From Pseudomonas aeruginosa (GTDB taxonomy: Bacteria; Pseudomonadota; Gammaproteobacteria; Pseudomonadales; Pseudomonadaceae), in the NCBI RefSeq assembly GCF_001457615.1, contig NZ_LN831024.1, positions 4,920,001 to 4,952,000 of the forward strand: 32,000 nucleotides of DNA. The letters are read 5' to 3'. The position numbers were made by a program, and so were the translations under genes. A model generated the notes under the pieces. The model did no database searches and had not been told where the DNA came from. It was given only the letters and a program-made list of their open reading frames with translations. Numbering within the stretch: the first letter of the stretch is position 1; the number at the start of each line of letters is the position of its first letter. Below, one piece after another: positions 17,301-27,049 of the stretch.

Positions 17301-18365
17301 ATGTTCCGCCCACGACTGCTCTTGACCAGCCTCGCCATCGCCCTCGGCGCCTGTTCGCCGCAAGACCCGCAGGCCGTCACCAGTGCCGCCCTGGCGCAAC
17401 AGGTGATCCTGCCGACCTACAGCCGCTGGGTGGAGGCCGACCAGGCCCTGGCCAGCAGCGCCCTGGCCTACTGCCAGGGCAAGGAAGACCTGGCCAAGGC
17501 CCGCGACGCGTTCCACGCCGCGCAGAAGGCCTGGGCCGAGCTGCAACCGCTGCTGATCGGCCCGCTGGCCGAGGGCAACCGCGCCTGGCAGGTGCAGTTC
17601 TGGCCGGACAAGAAGGATCTGGTCGGGCGCCAGGTCGAACAGTTGCTGAAGAACAACCCGCAGGTCGACGCCGCGGCCCTGGCCAAGGCCAGCGTGGTGG
17701 TGCAGGGGCTCTCCGCCTACGAATACATCCTCTTCGACAGCAAGATCGACCTCGCCGACGCCGCCACCAAGGCCCGCTATTGCCCGTTGCTGGAAGCCAT
17801 CGGCACCCACCAGCAGCAACTGGCCCAGGACATCCTGGCGCGCTGGAAGAACGACGGCGGCATGCTCACCCAGATGAGCAAGTTCCCCAACGACCGCTAT
17901 GCCGACGCCCACGAGGCGATCGCCGAGCTGCTGCGGGTCCAGGTCACCGCCCTGGACATGCTGAAGAAGAAACTCGGTACTCCGCTGGGCCGGCAGAGCA
18001 AGGGCATTCCCCAGCCCTACCAGGCCGAGGCCTGGCGCAGCAACGCCTCGCTGGCCAGCCTGGACGCCAGCCTGAGCGGCGCCCAGGCGCTCTGGGAAGG
18101 GATCGACGGCAAGGGCCTGAAGACCCTGCTGCCGGCCGAACAGAAGGCCCTGGCCGGCAAGATCGACGCCGCCTACGCCGACAGCCACGCGAAGCTGGCG
18201 GCGCTGGAACAGAAACCGCTCTCCGAACTGCTCGCCAGCGAAGACGGGCGCAACCAGCTCAACGCCCTCTATGACAGCCTGAACGTGGTCCACCGCCTGC
18301 ACGAAGGCGACCTGGCCCGCGCCCTCGGCGTGCAACTGGGCTTCAACGCCAACGATGGCGACTGA
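17301..18365 (+). CDS. Imelysin-like (M75-type) lipoprotein
   Basis: 354 aa; MFRPRLLLTSLAIALGAC lipobox; QGLSAYEYILFDSKIDLADAATKARYCPLLEAIGTHQQQLAQDIL. Confidence 0.87.
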   Translation: MFRPRLLLTSLAIALGACSPQDPQAVTSAALAQQVILPTYSRWVEADQALASSALAYCQGKEDLAKARDAFHAAQKAWAELQPLLIGPLAEGNRAWQVQFWPDKKDLVGRQVEQLLKNNPQVDAAALAKASVVVQGLSAYEYILFDSKIDLADAATKARYCPLLEAIGTHQQQLAQDILARWKNDGGMLTQMSKFPNDRYADAHEAIAELLRVQVTALDMLKKKLGTPLGRQSKGIPQPYQAEAWRSNASLASLDASLSGAQALWEGIDGKGLKTLLPAEQKALAGKIDAAYADSHAKLAALEQKPLSELLASEDGRNQLNALYDSLNVVHRLHEGDLARALGVQLGFNANDGD

Positions 18366-18375
18366 GGTCGGCACC

Positions 18376-19470
18376 ATGCTGCGACGTCATGTGATCGGCC
18401 TGGGCAGCCTGCTGCTCGGCGCCTTGTCCTTCGGCGGCTGGAGCTTCAGCCGCCAGGGTAGCCAACCGCTGGTGCTGTCGGCGCGCGACGACGCCGATGG
18501 CCAGCATTACGCGGTGGGCTACCGCCTGGACGGCAAGTGCCAGTTCGCCACCCGCGTGGCCCAGCGCTGCCATGACATCGTCCAGCACCCGAGCCTGCCG
18601 CTGGCGCTGTTCGTCGCCCGCCGGCCAGGCACCGAAAGCTACCTGATCGACCTGAACGACGGTCGCCTGCTGCAGACCCTGGTCTCGCAGAAAGACCGCC
18701 ACTTCTACGGCCACGGCGTGTTCCACCAGAGCGGCGAATGGCTCTACGCCACCGAGAACGACACTACCGATCCCGGTCGCGGCGTGCTCGGCGTCTACCG
18801 TTTCGACGGCGAGCGACTGCAGCACAGCGGCGAGATCTCTACTCACGGCCTCGGGCCGCACCAGGTTTCCTGGATGCCCGACGGCGAGACCCTGGTAGTG
18901 GCCAACGGCGGCATTCGCACCGAGGCGGAAAGCCGGGTCGAGATGAACCTCGACGCCATGGAGCCCAGCCTGGTGCTGATGCGCCACGACGGCAACCTGC
19001 TGTCCAAGGAAACCCTGGCGCAGCAGATGAACAGCGTCCGCCACCTGGCGATCGGTCGCGACGGCACCATCGTCGCCGGCCAGCAGTTCATGGGCGATGC
19101 CCACGAACATGCCGACCTGCTGGCGATCAAGCGCCCCGGCTGTCCCTTCGAAGCCTTCCCGGTGGCCGAGGAGCAGCGCCTGGCGATGGCCCAGTACACC
19201 GCCAGCGTGGCGATCCACGACGACCTGCGCCTGGTGGCCCTGACCGCCCCGCGCGGCAACCGTTTCTTCATCTGGGACCTGGACAGCGGTGCCGTACGCC
19301 TCGACGCGCCGTTGCCGGACTGCGCCGGCGTGGGCGCGGTGAAGAACGGCTTCGTCGTCACGTCCGGACAGGGCCGTTGCCGCTTCTACGACTGCCAGGG
19401 CGAGCGCATCGCCGCGCAACCGCTGGAGCTGCCTTCCGGCCTCTGGGACAACCACCTGCACCTGGCCTGA
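18376..19470 (+). CDS. DUF1513 beta-propeller-like exported protein
   Basis: 364 aa; N-terminal MLRRHVIGLGSLLLGALSFGG signal; repeats such as YGHGVFHQSGEWLYATENDTTDPGRGVLGVYRF and STHGLGPHQVSWMPDGETLVVANGG. An in-frame start at 18355 is also possible. Confidence 0.87.
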   Translation: MLRRHVIGLGSLLLGALSFGGWSFSRQGSQPLVLSARDDADGQHYAVGYRLDGKCQFATRVAQRCHDIVQHPSLPLALFVARRPGTESYLIDLNDGRLLQTLVSQKDRHFYGHGVFHQSGEWLYATENDTTDPGRGVLGVYRFDGERLQHSGEISTHGLGPHQVSWMPDGETLVVANGGIRTEAESRVEMNLDAMEPSLVLMRHDGNLLSKETLAQQMNSVRHLAIGRDGTIVAGQQFMGDAHEHADLLAIKRPGCPFEAFPVAEEQRLAMAQYTASVAIHDDLRLVALTAPRGNRFFIWDLDSGAVRLDAPLPDCAGVGAVKNGFVVTSGQGRCRFYDCQGERIAAQPLELPSGLWDNHLHLA

Positions 19471-19639
19471 GAGCGCGGCATCAACCTCTCGCCATACCGG
19501 TCCGCGAAAGTCGGAAGCGACCTGCAACACGCTTGAAATCTTTCGCCAATCCTGTGCTTTGACAAGCCCTGAAAGCTGCACGTAATGTGTCGGATTCGCC
19601 CCGAAACGGGGCGCTCTCGGCATACCAGGGACCAGGATT

Positions 19640-20770
19640 ATGTTGCTCCGCCGCATGTTGATCATGCTCGCCGCGGTGATCGCAGTGGTGGCGATTCTCG
19701 CCGGCTACAAGGTCTACTCCATCCGTCAGCAGATCGCCCTTTTCAGCGCACCGAAACCGCCGATCAGCGTGACCGCCAGCCTGGCCGAAAAGCGTCCCTG
19801 GCAGAGCCGCCTGCCAGCCATCGGCAGCCTCAAGGCATTCCAGGGCGTGACCCTCACCGCCGAAGTCTCCGGCACGGTACGCGACGTACTGTTCCTTTCC
19901 GGCGACCAGGTGAAGCTGGACCAACCGCTGATCCAGTTGGAAAGCGACGTCGAGGAAGCCACCCTGCGCACTGCCGAGGCCGATCTCGGCCTGGCCAGGG
20001 CCGAGTACCAGCGCGGCCGCGAACTGATCGGCAGCAAGGCCATCTCGAAAAGCGAATTCGATCGTCTCGCCGCGCAGTGGGCCAAGACCAGCGCCACCGT
20101 CGCCGAGCTGAAGGCGGCGCTGGCGAAGAAGCGCGTGCTCGCGCCCTTCGCCGGGACCATCGGCATCCGCCAGGTGGACGTCGGCGACTACGTCTCGCCC
20201 GGGACGCCGATCGCCACCTTGCAGGACCTTTCCACCCTGCTCCTGGATTTCCACCTGCCCGAGCAGGACTTCCCCCTGCTCAGCCGCGGCCAGCTGGTGA
20301 AGGTCCGGGTCGCCGCCTACCCCGGCCAGGTGTTCGACGCCGAGATCGCCGCCATCAACCCCAAGGTCGACAACGAGACCCGCAACCTGCAGGTCCGCGC
20401 TACCCTGGAGAACCCGGACGGCAAGCTGCTGCCGGGCATGTTCGCCAACCTCGAGGTGATGTTGCCTGGCGAGGAACAACGCGTCGTGGTGCCGGAGACG
20501 GCGATCACCTTCACCCTCTACGGCGACTCGATCTACGTCGTCGGGCAGAAGAAGGACGAGCAGGGCCAGGTGTCGAAGGATGACAAGGGCCAGCCGCAAC
20601 GGGTCGTCGAGCGCCGCTTCGTCAGGATCGGCGAACGCCGCGAAGGCCTGGCGGTGGTGCTCGAAGGCCTGGAGGGCGGCGAGCAGGTAGTGACTTCCGG
20701 GCAACTGAAGCTCGACAACGGCGCCGCGGTGGCCATCGTCGCCGAGCGGGACCTCCAGCAAGAGCACTGA
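19640..20770 (+). CDS. mexV: RND efflux periplasmic adaptor (membrane fusion protein) MexV
   Basis: 376 aa; SGTVRDVLFLSGDQVKLDQPLIQLESDVEEATLRTAEADLGLARAEYQRGRELI; followed directly by an RND pump gene in the expected PA4374 context. Confidence 0.93.
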   Translation: MLLRRMLIMLAAVIAVVAILAGYKVYSIRQQIALFSAPKPPISVTASLAEKRPWQSRLPAIGSLKAFQGVTLTAEVSGTVRDVLFLSGDQVKLDQPLIQLESDVEEATLRTAEADLGLARAEYQRGRELIGSKAISKSEFDRLAAQWAKTSATVAELKAALAKKRVLAPFAGTIGIRQVDVGDYVSPGTPIATLQDLSTLLLDFHLPEQDFPLLSRGQLVKVRVAAYPGQVFDAEIAAINPKVDNETRNLQVRATLENPDGKLLPGMFANLEVMLPGEEQRVVVPETAITFTLYGDSIYVVGQKKDEQGQVSKDDKGQPQRVVERRFVRIGERREGLAVVLEGLEGGEQVVTSGQLKLDNGAAVAIVAERDLQQEH

Positions 20771-20820
20771 GTCGCGCGCCTTCCCACTCCGTGGCGGAAG
20801 GCTTGCCAAGGGACTGAAAC

Positions 20821-23800
20821 ATGGCTTTTACCGATCCGTTCATCCGTCGTCCGGTCCTGGCGAGCGTGGTCAGCCTGCTGATCGTCCTGCTCGGCATGCA
20901 GGCCTTCAGCAAGCTGGTGATCCGCGAGTATCCGCAAATGGAGAACGCGCTGATCACGGTGACCACGCTCTACGCCGGCGCCAACGCGGAAACCATCCAG
21001 GGCTACATCACCCAGCCGCTGCAGCAGAGCCTGGCCAGCGCCGAAGGCATCGACTACATGACCTCGGTGAGCCGGCAGAACTATTCGACCATCTCCATCT
21101 ACGCGCGGATCGGCGCCAATACCGATCGCCTGGTCACCGAGCTGCTGGCCAAGTCCAACGAAGTGAAGAGCCAGCTGCCGCCGGACGCCGAGGACCCGGT
21201 GCTGCAGAAGGAGGCCGCGGACGCCTCGGCGCTGATGTACATCAGCTTCTACAGCGAGCAGATGAACAACCCGCAGATCACCGACTACCTGTCGCGGGTG
21301 ATCCAGCCCAAGCTGGCGACCCTGCCCGGTATCGCCGAGGCGGAGATCCTCGGCAACCAGGTGTTCGCCATGCGCCTGTGGCTGGACCCGGTGAAGATGG
21401 CCGCGTTCGGCGTCACCGCCGGCGAGATCAACCAGGCGGTGCAGCAGTACAACTTCCTCGCCGCCGCCGGCGAGGTGAAGGGCCAGTTGGTGGTCACCAG
21501 CGTCAATGCTTCCACCGACCTCAAGTCGCCCCAGGCCTTCGCCGCCATCCCGGTGAAGACCGACGGCGACCGCCGGGTGCTGATGGGTGATGTCGCACGG
21601 GTCGAACTGGGCGCCGCCAGCTACGACGCGATCAGTTCGTTCAATGGGATTCCCTCGGTCTACATCGGCATCAAGGGCACGCCCAGCGCCAACCCGCTGG
21701 ACGTGATCAAGGAAGTGCGGGCGAAGATGCCCGAACTGGAAGAGCAATTGCCGCCCAACCTCAAGGTGTCCATCGCCTACGACGCCACGCGCTTCATTCA
21801 GGCCTCCATCGATGAAGTGGTGAAGACCCTCGGCGAGGCGGTGCTGATCGTCATCGTGGTGGTGTTCCTGTTCCTCGGCGCGTTCCGTTCGGTACTGATC
21901 CCGGTGGTGACCATTCCGCTGTCGATGATCGGCGTATTGTTCTTCATGCAGGCCATGGGCTACTCGATCAACCTGCTGACCCTGCTGGCGATGGTCCTGG
22001 CCATCGGCCTGGTGGTGGACGACGCGATCGTGGTGGTGGAAAACATCCACCGCCACATCGAGGAGGGCAAGCCGCCCTTCGAGGCTGCCCTGGAGGGCGC
22101 GCGGGAGATCGCCGTACCGGTGGTCAGCATGACCATCACCCTCGCCGCGGTCTACGCGCCGATCGGCTTCCTCACCGGCCTCACCGGCGCCCTGTTCAAG
22201 GAGTTCGCCTTCACCCTGGCCGGCGCGGTGATCATTTCCGGGATCGTCGCCCTGACCCTGTCGCCGATGATGTGCTCGCGCCTGTTGCGCCACGAGGAGA
22301 ATCCCTCGGGCCTGGCGCATCGCCTCGACCTGATCTTCGAGGGCCTGAAGCAACGCTACCAGCGCGCCCTCCACGGCACCCTGGACACCCGTCCGGTGGT
22401 CCTGGTGTTCGCCGTGCTGGTACTGGCGCTGATCCCGGTGCTGCTGATGTTCACCAAGAAGGAGCTGGCGCCGGAAGAGGACCAGGGCATCGTGTTCCTC
22501 ATGACCAACTCGCCGCAAACCGCCAACCTCGACTACCTGAATCGCTACACCGCCGAGTTCGAAGGCATCTTCCGCAGCTTCCCGGAGTATTACTCGGCGT
22601 TCCAGATCAACGGCTACAACGGCGTCCAGGCCGGCATCGGCGGCATGCTGCTCAAGCCCTGGGACGAACGCGAAAAGAGCCAGATGGAATTGCTCCATGT
22701 GGTGCAGGCGAAGCTCAACGAGATTCCCGGCGTGCAGATCTTCGCCTTCAACCTGCCGTCGCTACCGGGCACCGGCGAGGGCCTGCCATTCCAGTTCGTG
22801 CTCAACACCGCCAACGACTACGAGTCGCTGCTGCAAGTGGCGCAACGGGTGAAGCAGCGCGCCAGCGAGTCCGGCAAGTTCGCCTTCCTCGATCTCGACC
22901 TGGCGTTCGACAAACCCGAGCTGGTGGTCGACATCGACCGCGAGAAGGCCGCGCAGATGGGCGTCTCCATGCAGGACCTGGGGGTGGCGCTGGCCAGCCT
23001 GCTCGGCGAGGGCGAGATCAACCGCTTCACCATCGACGGGCGCAGCTACAAGGTCATCGCCCAGGTCGAACGCCCCTATCGCGACAATCCCGGCTGGCTC
23101 GGCAGCTACTACGTGAAGAGCCGCAACGGCCAACTGGTCGCCCTCTCGACCCTGATCGAGACCCACGAACGGGCACGGCCACGGCAACTGAACCAGTTCC
23201 AGCAGCTCAACTCGGCGATCATCTCCGGCTTCCCCATCGTCAGCATGGGCGAGGCCATCGAGACGGTTCAGCAGATCGCCCGCGAGGAAGCCCCGCGTGG
23301 CTTCGCCGTCGACTACGCCGGCGCTTCCCGGCAATACGTGCAGGAAGGCAGCGCATTGCTGGTCACCTTCGGACTGGCCCTGGCGATCATCTTCCTGGTC
23401 CTCGCCGCACAGTTCGAAAGCTTCCGCGATCCGCTGGTGATCATGGTCACCGTGCCGCTGTCGATCTGCGGTGCGCTGATACCGCTGTTCCTCGGCGTGT
23501 CGAGCCTGAACATCTATACCCAGGTCGGCCTGGTGACACTGATCGGCCTGATCAGCAAACACGGCATCCTGATCGTCGAGTTCGCCAACCAGTTGCGCCA
23601 CGAACAGGGGCTGGGGCGTCGCGAGGCCATCGAGCAGGCCGCCGCGATCCGCCTGCGGCCAGTACTGATGACCACCGCGGCGATGGTGCTCGGGGTGATC
23701 CCGCTGATCCTCGCCACCGGCGCCGGGGCGGTCAGTCGCTTCGACATCGGCATCGTGATCGCGACCGGCATGTCGGTGGGCACCCTCTTCACCCTGTTCG

Positions 23801-23877
23801 TCCTGCCGTGCATCTACACCCTGGTGGCCAGGCCGGATGCCCCGCCAGGCGTGACGCAAGCGGCCAACGCACACTGA
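20821..23877 (+). CDS. mexW: RND multidrug efflux transporter MexW
   Basis: 1018 aa; [114 protein letters not shown]. Confidence 0.96.
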   Translation: MAFTDPFIRRPVLASVVSLLIVLLGMQAFSKLVIREYPQMENALITVTTLYAGANAETIQGYITQPLQQSLASAEGIDYMTSVSRQNYSTISIYARIGANTDRLVTELLAKSNEVKSQLPPDAEDPVLQKEAADASALMYISFYSEQMNNPQITDYLSRVIQPKLATLPGIAEAEILGNQVFAMRLWLDPVKMAAFGVTAGEINQAVQQYNFLAAAGEVKGQLVVTSVNASTDLKSPQAFAAIPVKTDGDRRVLMGDVARVELGAASYDAISSFNGIPSVYIGIKGTPSANPLDVIKEVRAKMPELEEQLPPNLKVSIAYDATRFIQASIDEVVKTLGEAVLIVIVVVFLFLGAFRSVLIPVVTIPLSMIGVLFFMQAMGYSINLLTLLAMVLAIGLVVDDAIVVVENIHRHIEEGKPPFEAALEGAREIAVPVVSMTITLAAVYAPIGFLTGLTGALFKEFAFTLAGAVIISGIVALTLSPMMCSRLLRHEENPSGLAHRLDLIFEGLKQRYQRALHGTLDTRPVVLVFAVLVLALIPVLLMFTKKELAPEEDQGIVFLMTNSPQTANLDYLNRYTAEFEGIFRSFPEYYSAFQINGYNGVQAGIGGMLLKPWDEREKSQMELLHVVQAKLNEIPGVQIFAFNLPSLPGTGEGLPFQFVLNTANDYESLLQVAQRVKQRASESGKFAFLDLDLAFDKPELVVDIDREKAAQMGVSMQDLGVALASLLGEGEINRFTIDGRSYKVIAQVERPYRDNPGWLGSYYVKSRNGQLVALSTLIETHERARPRQLNQFQQLNSAIISGFPIVSMGEAIETVQQIAREEAPRGFAVDYAGASRQYVQEGSALLVTFGLALAIIFLVLAAQFESFRDPLVIMVTVPLSICGALIPLFLGVSSLNIYTQVGLVTLIGLISKHGILIVEFANQLRHEQGLGRREAIEQAAAIRLRPVLMTTAAMVLGVIPLILATGAGAVSRFDIGIVIATGMSVGTLFTLFVLPCIYTLVARPDAPPGVTQAANAH

Positions 23878-23884
23878 TCGGAAA

Positions 23885-23915
23885 CGGCGGACAGCGACAA
23901 CAGCGCTGTCCGCCG
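23885..23915 (+). terminator. Hairpin downstream of mexW
   Basis: Perfect 12-bp inverted repeat CGGCGGACAGCG-N7-CGCTGTCCGCCG, 7 bp past the stop; no T-tract. Confidence 0.5.
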
Positions 23916-24014
23916 GCGCTGTCGCCCCATCCCACAGCCCTCCGGGCGCGATCCTATGTCCGCCGGCAGCCGCCTCCAGTAGACTGCCCGCTGAAACGCA
24001 GTGGTGAGACGAGC

Positions 24015-25211
24015 ATGGCCGAGAGCGCTTTTTCCGAACGTATCGTGCAGAACCTGCTGGATACCGACTTCTACAAGCTGACCATGATGCAGGCGGTGCT
24101 GCACAACTATCCCAACGCCGAGGTGGAGTGGGAGTTCCGCTGCCGCAACCAGGAAGACCTGCGCCTGTACCTGCCGGCCATCCGCGAACAGCTGGAATAC
24201 CTGGCGGGCCTGGCGATCAGCGACGAGCAACTGGCCTTCCTCGAACGGATTCCCTTCCTGGCGCCGGACTTCATCCGCTTCCTCGGGTTGTTCCGCTTCA
24301 ACCCGCGCTACGTGCAGACCGGCATCGAGAACGACGAATTCTTCCTGCGCCTGAAAGGTCCCTGGCTGCACGTGATCCTCTTCGAAGTGCCGCTGCTGGC
24401 GATGATCAGCGAGGTGCGCAACCGCGCCCGCTACCCGGCCGCCACCGTCGAGCAGGCGCGCGAACGCCTGCAGGAAAAGTTCGATTGGCTGCGCCGGGAG
24501 GCCAGCGCCGAGGAACTGGCCGGCTTCAAGATGGCCGACTTCGGTACCCGCCGCCGCTTCTCCTATCGGGTCCACGAGGCGGTGGTGAGCGGTCTGAAGG
24601 AGGACTTTCCGGGCTGCTTCGTCGGCACCAGCAACGTCCACCTGGCACGCAAGCTCGACCTCAAGCCCCTCGGCACCATGGCCCACGAATGGCTGATGGC
24701 CCACCAGCAGCTCGGTCCGCGCCTGATCGACAGCCAGAGTGCCGCGTTGGACTGCTGGGTCCGCGAATACCGTGGGCTGCTCGGCATCGCGCTGACCGAC
24801 TGCATCACCACCGATGCCTTCCTGCGCGACTTCGACCTCTATTTCGCCAAGCTCTTCGACGGCCTCCGCCACGACTCGGGCGACCCATTGCTGTGGGCGG
24901 AAAAGACCATCGCCCACTACCTCAAGCTGGGCATCGACCCGCTGACCAAGACCCTGGTGTTCTCCGACGGCCTCGACCTGCCACGGGCCCTGAAGATCTA
25001 TCGCGCGCTGCAGGGCCGGATCAACGTCAGCTTCGGCATAGGCACGCATTTCACCTGCGACCTGCCGGGCGTCGAGCCGATGAACATCGTGGTGAAGATG
25101 AGCGCCTGCAACGGCCATCCGGTGGCGAAGATCTCCGATACGCCCGGCAAGGCGCAATGCCAGGACCCTGACTTCATCCACTACCTCAAGCACGTGTTCC
25201 AGGTCGCCTAG
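24015..25211 (+). CDS. pncB: Nicotinate phosphoribosyltransferase
   Basis: 398 aa; [107 protein letters not shown]. Confidence 0.96.
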   Translation: MAESAFSERIVQNLLDTDFYKLTMMQAVLHNYPNAEVEWEFRCRNQEDLRLYLPAIREQLEYLAGLAISDEQLAFLERIPFLAPDFIRFLGLFRFNPRYVQTGIENDEFFLRLKGPWLHVILFEVPLLAMISEVRNRARYPAATVEQARERLQEKFDWLRREASAEELAGFKMADFGTRRRFSYRVHEAVVSGLKEDFPGCFVGTSNVHLARKLDLKPLGTMAHEWLMAHQQLGPRLIDSQSAALDCWVREYRGLLGIALTDCITTDAFLRDFDLYFAKLFDGLRHDSGDPLLWAEKTIAHYLKLGIDPLTKTLVFSDGLDLPRALKIYRALQGRINVSFGIGTHFTCDLPGVEPMNIVVKMSACNGHPVAKISDTPGKAQCQDPDFIHYLKHVFQVA

Positions 25212-25294
25212 GGCAAGCCTGGCGCGCCGCGGCAAGGTGGCGCATGAGGCCTGGTCCTTATTCGGCCCATGCCTCCGACGATCTCATCGCCCAT

Positions 25295-25324
25295 GAAAAA
25301 GCCCCGCCAAGGCGGGGCTTTTTC
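25295..25324. terminator. Bidirectional rho-independent terminator between convergent pncB and the PA4377-like gene
   Basis: GAAAAAGCCCCGCC-AA-GGCGGGGCTTTTTC, perfect 14-bp inverted repeat. Confidence 0.92.
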
Positions 25325-25335
25325 GACAAGGAGAC

Positions 25336-25578
25336 TCAGCGCGACAGGCTGGCTCCCCCCTGGGAAAGACCGAACATCAGCAGCAGGATGTCCTTGTTCG
25401 GCTGGACCTCCTGGCGCGTCGGCCGCTCGGCCTTGAGCGCCGAAGGCGTCGGGCAGTACTCATGACCGCCGCTCATCTGCACCACGTTCGGCGCGGGTTC
25501 GTGCCAGGCGGCAGCCGCGGCTGTAGCCACGGCGAGAGCGCCGACCAGCAACAAACCTCGAGTGATTTCTAATTTCAT
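25336..25578 (-). CDS. Small exported hypothetical protein, 80 aa
   Basis: MKLEITRGLLLVGALAVATAAAAAWHEPAPNVVQ... signal peptide; start overlaps the inaA stop (ATGA), suggesting translational coupling. Confidence 0.75.
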   Translation of the reverse strand: MKLEITRGLLLVGALAVATAAAAAWHEPAPNVVQMSGGHEYCPTPSALKAERPTRQEVQPNKDILLLMFGLSQGGASLSR

Positions 25579-26279
25579 GTCTGCAACCCTTTGATGGCGC
25601 TGCCAAACGCCGTCTGGTAACCATAGATGAAGGCTTGCCACTGCGCGCCAGTCCACGACGAACGGCGCTTCAACTGCTTCAGGTCGTGCTGGGACGCCTT
25701 GTTCACCGTAAGGCGGCGGCGGCTCTTCTCCAGGTCGATCAGCGCTACTTCGATGGCCTCACCCTCGACGCGGACGAAGATGTGCTTCGGATAGAGACAA
25801 CCGTGCTGCCAGTGGGCGAGATTCATCCGGGCAATGGTAGCGCCGATTTGTTGCAGAATTCTTTGGTGCTTCGCTTCGCCCCAGCGGTCCTGGTCACCGC
25901 GCGCATAGCACTCGTCGAGGCTGGAGAAACCCTCCAGGGCTTCGGTCACCAGCAGCGCCTGCCATTGCCCGTCGACCTTGCGGCAGCCGGAATAGACCAG
26001 GCGCGGCACGCGTATACCGAGCGACTCGAAGGCCCGTAGCGCATCGCGCTCGCGCATGGCGGTGGGATAGCCGAAAGGGCGCTGCCAGTCGCGGTAGACG
26101 TGGCCGGTCTGCTGCTTGCGATAGAGCAGCCGTCCATCGCCGGTGTACACCCGCTGCACGCCGCTGGCCCCGCCACGGCGCTCGTTGGGCTCCTCGACCC
26201 AGCTGCCGGGTACCTGCAACCACTGGTCGATGGCGGAGTCGCCGGAGATACGTTGCAGGGATGCCAGATCGGGAGCCAT
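25575..26279 (-). CDS. inaA: InaA-like lipopolysaccharide kinase-family protein
   Basis: 234 aa from ATG at 26279; kinase-like RMNLAHWQHGCLYPKHIFVRVEGEAIEVALIDLEKSRRRLTVNKASQHDLKQLKRR. Confidence 0.87.
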   Translation of the reverse strand: MAPDLASLQRISGDSAIDQWLQVPGSWVEEPNERRGGASGVQRVYTGDGRLLYRKQQTGHVYRDWQRPFGYPTAMRERDALRAFESLGIRVPRLVYSGCRKVDGQWQALLVTEALEGFSSLDECYARGDQDRWGEAKHQRILQQIGATIARMNLAHWQHGCLYPKHIFVRVEGEAIEVALIDLEKSRRRLTVNKASQHDLKQLKRRSSWTGAQWQAFIYGYQTAFGSAIKGLQT

Positions 26280-26281
26280 CG

Positions 26282-26965
26282 TTATTCCTTTCGCAAGATA
26301 TAGACCCGCCACATGTGATACAGCGGGATGAAATCGAGATGCTTCTGGACGACGAAGCCGGCGTCGCGGAACTCGCGCTCGACCGTTTCGGCTGGTAATA
26401 CGAAGCGGTTCTGGTAGCCGGTCTGTTCCCCGTTCGCTACCCGCCGTGCCTCCATGCGCCTACGCTTCCAGGCCTTGAAATTGCCATCGACCCAGAGGGA
26501 AAGGATCACGCTGTCCCGCGTGACCCGGTGAAACTCGCGGAGCAGGACGCGTCGATCGTCCGCCTCGCCGATGTGGTGGAGCAGCCGCATGCAGAAGATA
26601 TTGTCCACCGAGCTGTCCGGCAGGTCGATGGCGAAAGCGGAAGTCTGCAAGGGCCGTACCCGTTTCACCACACCGTCCGGCTGGCCGGCGCAGGCGACCG
26701 CCAGCATGTCCGCGGAATTGTCGGCGCCGATGATCACCCGGTTGTCCTTTTCCGCCAGCAGCGGCCAGAAGCGTCCGGCGCCGCAGGGCAGGTCGAGCAC
26801 CAGGTTGGGCTGCCCCGCGAGCTTCAGCGCGTGCCGGGCGAGTTGGACGTCGCGCCGGTGGGAAAGTTTCCGGGCGAGGCCGTCCTGATGCTTCTTCAGG
26901 TAGGCCTCAGCATGCTCGCGATCATACTTGTGAGAAAAGTCGAGGTCGACAGGCGGATTGTTCAT
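26282..26965 (-). CDS. Class I SAM-dependent methyltransferase
   Basis: 227 aa from ATG at 26965 (upstream GGAGTT); motif I NLVLDLPCGAGRFWPLLAEKDNRVIIGADNSADML; DNIFCMRLLHHIGEADDRRVLLREFHRVTR. ATG at 26986 is an alternative start. Confidence 0.88.
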   Translation of the reverse strand: MNNPPVDLDFSHKYDREHAEAYLKKHQDGLARKLSHRRDVQLARHALKLAGQPNLVLDLPCGAGRFWPLLAEKDNRVIIGADNSADMLAVACAGQPDGVVKRVRPLQTSAFAIDLPDSSVDNIFCMRLLHHIGEADDRRVLLREFHRVTRDSVILSLWVDGNFKAWKRRRMEARRVANGEQTGYQNRFVLPAETVEREFRDAGFVVQKHLDFIPLYHMWRVYILRKE

Positions 26966-27010
26966 GACGGGAACTCCAGGATTCATGAGACGAACGGTAT
27001 GAATCCAGCC

Positions 27011-27049
27011 GTCAAGCTCGGGTCAAGGGGTGGTGAATTTTTCGTCAAG
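27011..27049 (-). promoter_or_regulatory. Three phased CTTGAC repeats (minus strand) upstream of the methyltransferase/inaA genes
   Basis: GTCAAG on + strand at 27011-27016, 27022-27027 and 27044-27049; start-to-start spacing 11 and 22 bp. Confidence 0.4.

Noticed and set aside
19559-19588. TTGACA ... TAATGT as mexV promoter
   Set aside because: Perfect -35 but a poor -10 (3/6) at 18 bp spacing; not strong enough to call.
18343-19665. 440 aa minus-strand ORF
   Set aside because: Antisense to the DUF1513 gene; no domain-like sequence.
20533-22698. 721 aa minus-strand ORF antisense to mexV/mexW
   Set aside because: His/Asp/Arg-rich antisense artefact without a plausible start or RBS; MexW is clearly coded on the other strand.
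22272-25211. 979 aa plus-strand ORF spanning mexW and pncB
   Set aside because: Shadow frame in high-GC DNA: Arg/Pro/Gly-rich translation with no domains, covering two well-supported genes in the correct frames.
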